Assembly (NCBI GenBank): GCA_965223845.1
Contig: CBDCXR010000004.1
Location: 3,136,001 to 3,200,000, forward strand
DNA from: Planctomycetota bacterium
Lineage (GTDB): Bacteria; Planctomycetota; UBA8108; SXIK01
Direction: 5' to 3'
Length of the DNA: 64,000 bases
Position 1 is the first letter of the stretch, and each line of letters opens with the position of its first letter. Shown here one piece after another: positions 56,397 to 64,000 of the stretch. Made by a program: the position numbers and the translations under genes. Below the pieces are notes generated by a model. It was not told where the DNA came from, searched no databases, and saw only the letters and a program-made list of their open reading frames with translations.

Positions 56397-58112
56397 ATGA
56401 GACCGACGCCTTTCGCCTACACCTATGCGGCGCTCGGGTTTGCGGCGCTGGTCTTGGCCTCGTGTCTTTCCCCTTCGGTGCGGGAGGTTTCCTTTCCTGC
56501 TGCGATTCCCGTTCACGCTACGGAGGAGTCGCAGGCATTTCCGCTGTCGGGGCGACTGAACGGAGTCCTCTACGGTCGAGGGCGTCGAACGCAGGGAGGC
56601 TGGCAGGATTGGGAAGTTCGACGAGTCGACGTTCTCGAAGATGGGCGCGTGCGACTGCCTCTGTTGTCGGACGAGTCTGACGAATTCGGCGTACGAACGA
56701 CCGGTTCGTTCGAGTACCGAATCTATCTCGCTTTGGAATCCCACGCGGCGCAGCTCTTTCTCTCCGAGAACGAGCAGCTCCCGTCGAGACTCGAGCTGAG
56801 GCCGACGGTTTCGGTTCGCCTGCAACTTGATGGGGAGGCCCCGCCTGGTGAACCCGTTGTCGTTCCCGCAGCCGAGTCGGTTGACGCGCTCTACGGGAAA
56901 CCCGCGTCCGGACGCTACTTCGACCTTCGATCCGGCGATCGAGAATCTGAGTGGACCGTATCGCTCCTAGAAGGGGAACGTTACGTCATCGGTTGGCCCT
57001 CTGAGGAAGTCTTCGGTTACCTTTCCGAGCCGTTCGAGGCCCGGCGCGAGGTCGCCATCACGTTCTCTCCCGGCCCACCATCAGCTGTTCACTACGACCT
57101 CTCTCTCGCGCCAAGCGGAGTCGAAGTGTTTCCCGCGAACGTATTCTTGCTCAAAAAGATTCTTAGTCGAGGCAGAGCGACTCATCTGAGTTGGGGAGCG
57201 AACGAAACTCGGGTCGACAGCGGCATCGTTCAATTCCCTGCGATCGCGGGTGGGAACTACCGATTGAAAGCGGTGACACCAGGATCGAAGACCCCACGGC
57301 TTTACGACGTGCGAGATATCGTCGTTGAATCCGGGAAAATTCACCGAGTCCTGCCAGTCTATCCACGGGTGGACACGACTGAAGACGACGGAGACATGTC
57401 GATTCGCGGCCGAGTTGTGAACGTCGCCTCAGGGAGAGGTGTACCCGAGCAGACTGTCTCCATTCGCCCGCTCAAGAAGGACTATTCACTCGTGGTGGCC
57501 GTGTCGTATCCGAGCACTCTCACAAACGATGAAGGAGAGTTCGAATTCCGTGGTGTCGACCCGCGCTACATCTACGAGGTCACCACGACCGCGACAAACG
57601 AGACCGAGACATCGGTGCTTCTGCCCTACAGCACTGAAAACCGCGGCAAGGTATGGTCGGTCTCCCTCACGACCGGGTATTCCCCCGTACCCGAAACGAC
57701 CGGCGCCGTCGTTCCCGACTTGACCCTAGAGCTACAAGACGGTTCGCGACGGAGACTCTCGGAACTCCAAGCTCGGATGCTTGTGATCGACGTGTGGGCG
57801 AGTTGGTGTGCGCCGTGCAGACGGGCGTTGCCGGTTCAAGATTCCCTTGCACGAGAACTCGGGAGCGACCAAATCGTATTCCTTGCCCTCAGCATAGACG
57901 AATCAAAGGAGAACTGGACGAAATCGGTCGCCAGGATGCAGCTTCGAAATCTGGAGCATGCGTGGCTCGCGCCCAGCAACGCTGCGAGGTTCAGCAAGCC
58001 GATACCTTATTATCTGGTACTGGACTCGGCTCGCCGCATTCTTGCCTCCGGGAACGACCTCGATGTGAGGTCGGTTGTCGAAGGGGCGTTCTCCGGGGGC
58101 GGAGGTCGCTGA
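56397..58112 (+). CDS. Putative lipoprotein with carboxypeptidase-regulatory-like beta domain and C-terminal TlpA/thioredoxin domain
   Basis: Lipobox LASC; SIRGRVV...TNDEGEFEFRGV; VIDVWASWCAPCR, LSIDE. Codon usage looks less C/G-ending than in neighbouring genes. Confidence 0.8.
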   Translation: MRPTPFAYTYAALGFAALVLASCLSPSVREVSFPAAIPVHATEESQAFPLSGRLNGVLYGRGRRTQGGWQDWEVRRVDVLEDGRVRLPLLSDESDEFGVRTTGSFEYRIYLALESHAAQLFLSENEQLPSRLELRPTVSVRLQLDGEAPPGEPVVVPAAESVDALYGKPASGRYFDLRSGDRESEWTVSLLEGERYVIGWPSEEVFGYLSEPFEARREVAITFSPGPPSAVHYDLSLAPSGVEVFPANVFLLKKILSRGRATHLSWGANETRVDSGIVQFPAIAGGNYRLKAVTPGSKTPRLYDVRDIVVESGKIHRVLPVYPRVDTTEDDGDMSIRGRVVNVASGRGVPEQTVSIRPLKKDYSLVVAVSYPSTLTNDEGEFEFRGVDPRYIYEVTTTATNETETSVLLPYSTENRGKVWSVSLTTGYSPVPETTGAVVPDLTLELQDGSRRRLSELQARMLVIDVWASWCAPCRRALPVQDSLARELGSDQIVFLALSIDESKENWTKSVARMQLRNLEHAWLAPSNAARFSKPIPYYLVLDSARRILASGNDLDVRSVVEGAFSGGGGR

Positions 58113-58118
58113 GCGAAC

Positions 58119-59033
58119 TCAGCGTTCTTTCGATTCCGGTTGCCGCTTCACGCGAATGTGGACTTCTTCGTGTTCGGCCGCTCGCACTTCGGCGTCTGTG
58201 AGCTGTGTGGCCGGTGATCCCGGGGTTTTCCACTGAGCGATTTTTCGGAGTCCGGCGAGGCGGCGCTGCGCCGTTCCCCGTACTTCTTCGCTTGGGTCGT
58301 CTCGGCTCGCGCGGAGGATCGCGTTTTGCACCTCGATGTCGCCCGCGTGTCCCATCAGGTTGCGCACGGCTTGTTGGCGGAGTCTCGCTGAGCCGTCAGT
58401 GGCGAGGAGGTCGACCAGCGGTTGACGCAGTTCGTCGACCTTGTACTCGTCGATCTCCGCGAGGAGTCGGGTCCGAACGCCCTCGTCGAGACTTTGGTCG
58501 CGCGCAAGCTCCATGACCGGGAGTACCGCGTCGCCCTCGTCGAGCCCGCTCTCCTCGAGGAGCGGCTCAATGCGTCCCCGGTTCTGCCAAAACTCCTTGA
58601 GACGCGCCGTTCGTTCGTCCGCGGATAGGTCCTCTTCGAAGAGATGCGCGAGAGTCGAGAGGGCGTTCTTCGTCCGGAGCTTCCGCCGGCCAGACTGCGC
58701 GAGCTGGGCGATGTGCTCTGCGTCTTCGAGAGTCGCGAGACGGGCTTCCAACGCGGCGAGTGACCTCGATTCGGCCTTCGAGTCGTCGAGTTTTTCGTCG
58801 GCATTCGGTGGCGGCGAGGACGCGATCACGCCCCCGTCCGCGACGGAGTTTCCCGGCGCCGCTTCGAGTGCCGCGATGCGCTCTTCCATCGCTTCCATCG
58901 CCGCGACGAGACTATCGAGTGTCTCGGGCGCGGACGACGGCGCGAACGTGGAGTCCCCGCCCCTCGACATCACGGCGAGAAGAATCGCGAGCAACGAGAG
59001 GCTGATGCAGGCAGCGCTCAGGACGGGTCTCAT
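58119..59033 (-). CDS. Membrane-anchored coiled-coil + HEAT-repeat-like protein
   Basis: N-terminal TM; MEERIAALE and LEARLATLE coils; repeats LARDQSLDEGVRT, LATDGSARLRQQA, SRDDPSEEVRGTA. Confidence 0.7.
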   Translation of the reverse strand: MRPVLSAACISLSLLAILLAVMSRGGDSTFAPSSAPETLDSLVAAMEAMEERIAALEAAPGNSVADGGVIASSPPPNADEKLDDSKAESRSLAALEARLATLEDAEHIAQLAQSGRRKLRTKNALSTLAHLFEEDLSADERTARLKEFWQNRGRIEPLLEESGLDEGDAVLPVMELARDQSLDEGVRTRLLAEIDEYKVDELRQPLVDLLATDGSARLRQQAVRNLMGHAGDIEVQNAILRASRDDPSEEVRGTAQRRLAGLRKIAQWKTPGSPATQLTDAEVRAAEHEEVHIRVKRQPESKER

Positions 59034-59048
59034 GATTCGCCTTTCCTC

Positions 59049-61640
59049 CTAGCGCTCCACTTCGAGGAGCGCGCTCCATTCTCCCTCAAATCGCGTCCGC
59101 GCGCACAGTCGTGTCGTCGACGCCACGTGGATCGGTCCGTCGTATTTGACGGCCGCGTTGGAAACCGCGCCCCCGACTTCGCGAGGATCCGTTCCGTCGA
59201 CCGTGTAATAGATCTCGCCTCGAGACGACTCGAGGACGACGGCGTCGTCCGGCCCCTCGGACTCGGGCGAGTCAGATCGTACGATTTCCGGTCGCCCGAC
59301 CTCCGGGATCAGTCCCTGTTCCCAGAGCTGTTGTCGAACGATGTCTCCCCGCCGCGGGATGTACTCTGCGAGCACTCGCTCGACTTCCGCTCGCCACGCC
59401 TCGTCGCGCGTCAGCGGCCGAGATCCGTTGCGCTCGGGATTGGTGTCGCCCCACCGCGCCGACTCCGCGATCACTGCATCTTCGATCTGCCGCACCCGTG
59501 CCTCGAATCGCCCGCGCACTGCGTTCGTGGCGAGTGCGCCCGCGAAGTGCCGTTCGATGCGGTCGCCCACTCGCACCCGGAATTCCGCGTTCTCGAGGCA
59601 CTGCTGCCATAGCCACTGCGGATTGCTCATGCTCGGCCTCGAGCTCGCGGGAAACGGGCCGAGTCGATTCTGTTCGACGTCGAGAAGCGTGTGCTCGGCA
59701 TCCCAGACAAAGAAGCGGAATCCGTGGTCTCCGCTGCGACTGCGCATGCCGTACCAGTTGTTCGGATAGCGGTTGCCGGCGAACGCCGTGACGGGTGCGT
59801 CGAGGTTTCCGGCCCAGAAGATCACCAGCATGTAGTCGATCAGATTGTCGACGTCGAGGAGTCGTTCGTACTCGGCGTTTCTAGTTCCGTCCGCGTTGTT
59901 CCCCTGAATTCGTTCGTACGCGGCGCGCTCTTCGAGGCCGGGACGAGCGAGGTCGAGGAGTTTCGACCAGGCGTCCATATTGCCGTCGGTCGCGATGACG
60001 CCTTCGCCCTGCTTCGTCTTGACGACGTCGTAGTCTTCCTTCGCCCCACCGAGGTACGTTTCGCCGAACGAGGCTTCCACCCGCTCGCACGAGTTGTAGA
60101 GCCCCCAGTACTGGCCGTTCAGGTAGAGGTGGTAGTACTCGCCACGCGCGGCCGGGTGTCCCATCGCGAGCTGCGTATCGCGACTGAACTGGTCACGAAC
60201 GAAGAGCCCGCGTGGGTCGCCGCCGAGATTCCACGAGTAGTTCTGCGAGCAGCGGAGGTCGAGGTTGTCGAACTCTTCCGCACCGTCGCGCCCGAAGAGC
60301 GGGTAGCGGAGCTTCCCCGGCCCGTATTCCTTCCGAAAGAACAACCGGAAGCCGTGCTTCGGGTTCCCCGAGGTCCGGCTGAATCCACCGCGGATGCGGA
60401 CCCCGCAGTTCTCCCGGATGCCGGGACGATGATCGGGAAAGAACATCTCGAATGATCCGGGGCGCTCGGCTTCGCGGCCCTTCATTCGCGCATACGCGTA
60501 GATGCCTCGACCACCGAAGAGATCGTCGGGATCGAGAACGAGCGAGATCGACGGGAGCGATTCGAGCGACCGCAGGATGGCGTCCCGATAGCGAGGGTTG
60601 TCGACGATTTCGGGATCCATACCGTAATCGACGATGTTCCGCCCCCAGCGGTACGGCGCGTCCGGCGGAGGCAGACCGTCGCGCGATTGGCGGATGACGT
60701 CGCGGAGAAAGACGAACGTCGACGTCTTCGGCCGTCTCGGTGCGAGCCCATCGTAGAACGCGGCCGCGCGGACCACGGTCGTCTTCGCGATGCGCAAAGG
60801 CTCACGATAGATCTCGCCGGTTGTCTCCGTCGGCTCCGTGCAGTCGAGCGTGTAACGGATCTCCGCCGACGGCGTACGCGAGGAGAGGACGAGCGAGATC
60901 GGCTCTTCGTAGATCCCGCCGCGGTGACTGAACGAGAGCTTGCCGACGCGCTCGCGCTTTTCTTCGTCTTTCCTCTCCTCGATCCGAATCGCCGAGGGGC
61001 GAACGGATCCCGAGGGGCGCTCCGACGGCGGCCGACGAGACGGAGAGACTTCGACGGGTGCTCCGTCCGCCTTCTCGAGCGCGCGCCGCACCGTCGCGAG
61101 CTCCGCAGCACTCAGCCGGCCGTCGTCGTTCTCGTCGAACGACTCCCAGCTCCGGAGCTCCGGTTCGCGCCTCGCGCGGCGTCCTCGCCGCTTAAACCGA
61201 TCGCGGATAAAGAACGGAACATCCTTCGTCTTTCCCGCGATCGTGTCGTCTCCGAGAGCTTGAAACTCCCTCTCGTCCAGCCGGCCGTCGCCATTCGCGT
61301 CGTACTCACGCTGGAGCTCCTCCCAGCGTCGGCGGAGCTCCCTTCCCGCGGCTTCACTCTCCGCTTCGTCGAGCTCGCCGTCGCCGTCGACATCGAATCG
61401 CTTCACGACCTCGGGCGGCCAGCGAAAACCGCTGCGGCCGCGGCCGAGCGTTCCGAAAGGCTCGACTTGAGCCCTCCGCATAGCATCGCGCTCGCCGGCG
61501 CTCAGCCAGCCATCCCCGTTTTCGTCGAATCGCTCTCGCAGCTCTGCCCGTCGGGCTGCGATATCGTCATCCCCGTAAAGACCCGCCGAAACTCCCGCCA
61601 CGAACGCGACGAGGAGAACACTCTGTTTCGATCGATCCAC
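59049..61640 (-). CDS. Secreted 4xEF-hand / chitobiase-FN3-associated / CotH-family kinase protein
   Basis: EF loops DENGDGWLSAGE, DVDGDGELDEAE, DANGDGRLDERE, DENDDGRLSAAE; IRYTLDCTEP; GVRIRGGFSR...KHGFRLFF, HLYLNGQYWGLYNSCER, NNWY, FFVWDAE. Confidence 0.88.
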   Translation of the reverse strand: MDRSKQSVLLVAFVAGVSAGLYGDDDIAARRAELRERFDENGDGWLSAGERDAMRRAQVEPFGTLGRGRSGFRWPPEVVKRFDVDGDGELDEAESEAAGRELRRRWEELQREYDANGDGRLDEREFQALGDDTIAGKTKDVPFFIRDRFKRRGRRARREPELRSWESFDENDDGRLSAAELATVRRALEKADGAPVEVSPSRRPPSERPSGSVRPSAIRIEERKDEEKRERVGKLSFSHRGGIYEEPISLVLSSRTPSAEIRYTLDCTEPTETTGEIYREPLRIAKTTVVRAAAFYDGLAPRRPKTSTFVFLRDVIRQSRDGLPPPDAPYRWGRNIVDYGMDPEIVDNPRYRDAILRSLESLPSISLVLDPDDLFGGRGIYAYARMKGREAERPGSFEMFFPDHRPGIRENCGVRIRGGFSRTSGNPKHGFRLFFRKEYGPGKLRYPLFGRDGAEEFDNLDLRCSQNYSWNLGGDPRGLFVRDQFSRDTQLAMGHPAARGEYYHLYLNGQYWGLYNSCERVEASFGETYLGGAKEDYDVVKTKQGEGVIATDGNMDAWSKLLDLARPGLEERAAYERIQGNNADGTRNAEYERLLDVDNLIDYMLVIFWAGNLDAPVTAFAGNRYPNNWYGMRSRSGDHGFRFFVWDAEHTLLDVEQNRLGPFPASSRPSMSNPQWLWQQCLENAEFRVRVGDRIERHFAGALATNAVRGRFEARVRQIEDAVIAESARWGDTNPERNGSRPLTRDEAWRAEVERVLAEYIPRRGDIVRQQLWEQGLIPEVGRPEIVRSDSPESEGPDDAVVLESSRGEIYYTVDGTDPREVGGAVSNAAVKYDGPIHVASTTRLCARTRFEGEWSALLEVER

Positions 61641-61641
61641 C

Positions 61642-64000
61642 TTATCGTCGCTCCTGGTCTCGCCCGCGCCTGACGCTCACAGAATGAAAAACCGCCGGTC
61701 GCGACGCGGTTGAAACCGCGACCGCGCCGAGGCGGTGGCCCCCGTCTTCGATCGAAACCGTCGGCTCGGTCGGACGCGCTTCCGTTCGACGCCACGCGCG
61801 AAGCTCAATCCGATCTCCGACGGATCGGAGCTCAACGGAAACGTCGTTTCCGATTCCCGCGACGACTCGCGTTCGGTGGAGCGCCCTCCGCCCGTGCTCC
61901 CACTTTCCGATGTGACACGAGCCGTCCTGTTCGACGCCCCCGTAGTAGAGAGTCGTCGTCCCGAGATCCACGTGCACATTTCCGTAGACGCTTTTGTCTC
62001 CCAGGTTCGCGGAGAGCTCGAGGGTCACGTCGCCGGAGAAGACTTCGTCCGACACGAGCCACGCGTGCTGGCCGCGCTCAGGATCTCGGGTGGCTACACT
62101 GAGACCCGAGGGAGTCTCGACCACGTCGCCGGGACAACACTGTTCGACGATTCGCCACCGCAGCGGTGAAGTGTCGTTGCCCTCGCCGTGTTCGGCGAAG
62201 TCGTATTGAACGGCGCCCCGGTCACCGGCGGACGGCAGTTCGAGACCGGCCGCCGTCGCGGCTTCGGTGAGAATCGTCCTCGCTTCGCTCGCCGCTCCAC
62301 TGTCCTCAGCCCCCTCGAGCAAACGGGCTTCGACGGCTTCCCAACCCGCGCGAAGCAGAAAACGCGACCGATGATGGGCCGGCTCGCGAGCGAGCGCGTC
62401 GCGGACGGCGCGGGCGAGATCGAGCCAGTCGTCGGGATCATTTCGATCGGAATAGAGCGCGCGTTTGATCGTCGCCGCCGCGAGGAGCTGCCGCGGAACC
62501 AGGGCTTCCGGGTCGGCGACCATCGCCCGCGTTCCGGCCGCGACCGCGTCGTCCCAGCGCGAGAGGCGAAGAAAGAGGTACGTAGCGAGTCGCTCGCGGA
62601 GCGCCGGGTCGGGCACTCTCTTCGCCCAGCGGATCCCCTCGGAAGCGTCGCTTTTCGTGACGTCCAGATACACGGAGACCACCCAGAACGGGAGAAGCTC
62701 GGGAGTGCCGTCCCGAGACGCGAGCCGCTCGAAGGTCCGGCGGGCGAGATCCGGTTTTCCCGCAAGGAGATAGATCCGTCCGAGGAAGAGGTCCGATACG
62801 AGTGACGCCGGGTGGTGCGCGCGAGCGCGAACGCAGTCCTCTTCGGCGAGGTCGTACTCTTCGAGGGCGAGACGTGCCGACGCGCGCTTCAAATAGCACT
62901 CGGTGAGAAAACCGGTGTACGGCGGATCACGATCGGTGTAGCGGTGGATCAGCTCCGTAAAGAGCGCCTCCGCGCCCCGGGGGTCGCCCTTCCATCGCAA
63001 GATGTCGGCTCGCTTACGAAGCTCGGTCCAGTGGCGCTCGTCCGGCGTTCCGCTCGAAGTCTTCGCGGTGTCTCCATCGTCATCCTCGACGAGCTTCGCG
63101 CGAAGGTACTCGGACGCCTTGAAGTTGGGGTCGACGTCGAGCGCGCGATTGAGCTCCGAGAGCGCGCGCGTCGGATCTCCGAGCACTCGGTACGCGCGAG
63201 CGAGATGGTAGTAGGCCTCGGGCTCATCGGGACACCGCTCCGTGAGCTCATGTAGCTTCTCGACCGCCCGGTGAACCGTGTTCTCGCCGCCGAGAGCCAC
63301 CACGTCCCGAAAGTCCGCCGGTTCGAACACCTGGAACCCGATTCCCGAGGCCCGGAGCGGGAGTGCGCCCTTCTGGAGGATCCACGCCCCCGAATCGAGC
63401 TCGCCCACGGCGTCGCGAAGTAGACCCGGATAGACGGCTCGTTCGCGCGCGATCTCCGCTTTCGAGCGCTGATTGGCGAGCCAACCGACGAGGGTGGCGG
63501 CGATGACGATCCCGCCGACGGCGAGGACGCGCGCGCGATTGCGCCGGAGCTTGCGGACGAGGGGCGGCCAAGTGCCCTCCGGGCGCGCTTCGATCGGCTC
63601 TCCCTTGGCGAAGCGCGCGAGGTCTTGCGCGAGTGCCTGCGCCGTGTTGTACCGGCTTTCGGGCCGCTTGCGCATGCACTTGAGCACGATGGTCTCGAGC
63701 GCGTCCGGCACGAGCGGATCGTGCGTGCGAAGAGGCGGCGGGTCTAGCTCCATCACTTGCCGGAGCGTGTCGAAGCGATCGCTTCCTCGAAACGGCGGAG
63801 AGAGCGTGAGCACCTCGTAGAGAGTCGCTCCGAGGGAATAAACGTCCGTGCGATGATCGACGGGAATCGTTTCACGCCGCGCCTGCTCGGGACTCATGTA
63901 GACCGGTGTCCCGACAACCTCGCCGGTGAGGGTGAGAGTGTTCAGGTCATCGAAGTACGCGAGACCGAAGTCGAGGATGCGGAGCCGTCCATTCGCCTCG
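61642..64000 (-). CDS. Hanks-type Ser/Thr protein kinase with TM segment, TPR repeats and C-terminal beta domain; 5' end outside window
   Basis: The frame stays open to the window edge: RLRILDFGLA...VVGTPVYMSPEQ, DVYSLGATLYEVLT, KCMRKRPESRY; TM VLAVGGIVIAATLVGWLA; TPRs AYYHLARAY...ALDVDP. Confidence 0.92.
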   Translation of the reverse strand, partial: EANGRLRILDFGLAYFDDLNTLTLTGEVVGTPVYMSPEQARRETIPVDHRTDVYSLGATLYEVLTLSPPFRGSDRFDTLRQVMELDPPPLRTHDPLVPDALETIVLKCMRKRPESRYNTAQALAQDLARFAKGEPIEARPEGTWPPLVRKLRRNRARVLAVGGIVIAATLVGWLANQRSKAEIARERAVYPGLLRDAVGELDSGAWILQKGALPLRASGIGFQVFEPADFRDVVALGGENTVHRAVEKLHELTERCPDEPEAYYHLARAYRVLGDPTRALSELNRALDVDPNFKASEYLRAKLVEDDDGDTAKTSSGTPDERHWTELRKRADILRWKGDPRGAEALFTELIHRYTDRDPPYTGFLTECYLKRASARLALEEYDLAEEDCVRARAHHPASLVSDLFLGRIYLLAGKPDLARRTFERLASRDGTPELLPFWVVSVYLDVTKSDASEGIRWAKRVPDPALRERLATYLFLRLSRWDDAVAAGTRAMVADPEALVPRQLLAAATIKRALYSDRNDPDDWLDLARAVRDALAREPAHHRSRFLLRAGWEAVEARLLEGAEDSGAASEARTILTEAATAAGLELPSAGDRGAVQYDFAEHGEGNDTSPLRWRIVEQCCPGDVVETPSGLSVATRDPERGQHAWLVSDEVFSGDVTLELSANLGDKSVYGNVHVDLGTTTLYYGGVEQDGSCHIGKWEHGRRALHRTRVVAGIGNDVSVELRSVGDRIELRAWRRTEARPTEPTVSIEDGGHRLGAVAVSTASRPAVFHSVSVRRGRDQERR

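Overview
High-GC, gene-dense bacterial window, most likely from Planctomycetota (inferred from the dockerin-like C-terminal tags, three sulfatases, a Tat-exported Gfo/Idh/MocA protein, a PA14 multiheme cytochrome and a TPR-bearing Ser/Thr kinase). Bases 1-25.4 kb hold six very large secreted modular proteins. Three tandem lamin-tail-domain (LTD)/CotH-family kinase proteins and a truncated IPT/PKD protein lie on the minus strand. Two paralogous Cys-rich malectin-like repeat proteins are transcribed divergently. All five complete proteins end in a Cys-flanked dockerin-like module of two sequence subtypes. Next come a phosphate block (Na+/Pi symporter, PhoR-like kinase, alpha/beta hydrolase, PhoD), a 5-heme PA14 cytochrome plus beta-propeller pair, a Gfo/Idh/MocA oxidoreductase, and an ergothioneine cluster (PLP enzyme, egtD, egtB) coupled to an ABC transporter. 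After these are SRPBCC and DHDPS-family genes, three sulfatases, a fused E1 alpha-beta dehydrogenase with a lipoyl protein lacking the E2 catalytic domain, a transporter and an SDR with an FxxxK active site, and a TlpA-like lipoprotein. The window ends with an operon of a Ser/Thr kinase (partial), a 4xEF-hand CotH kinase and a HEAT-repeat-like protein. A family of ~46-bp intergenic inverted repeats occurs as two paired elements and two solo arms. I found no rRNA, tRNA, CRISPR array or transposase. All domain calls come from motif recognition by eye, not from database searches.
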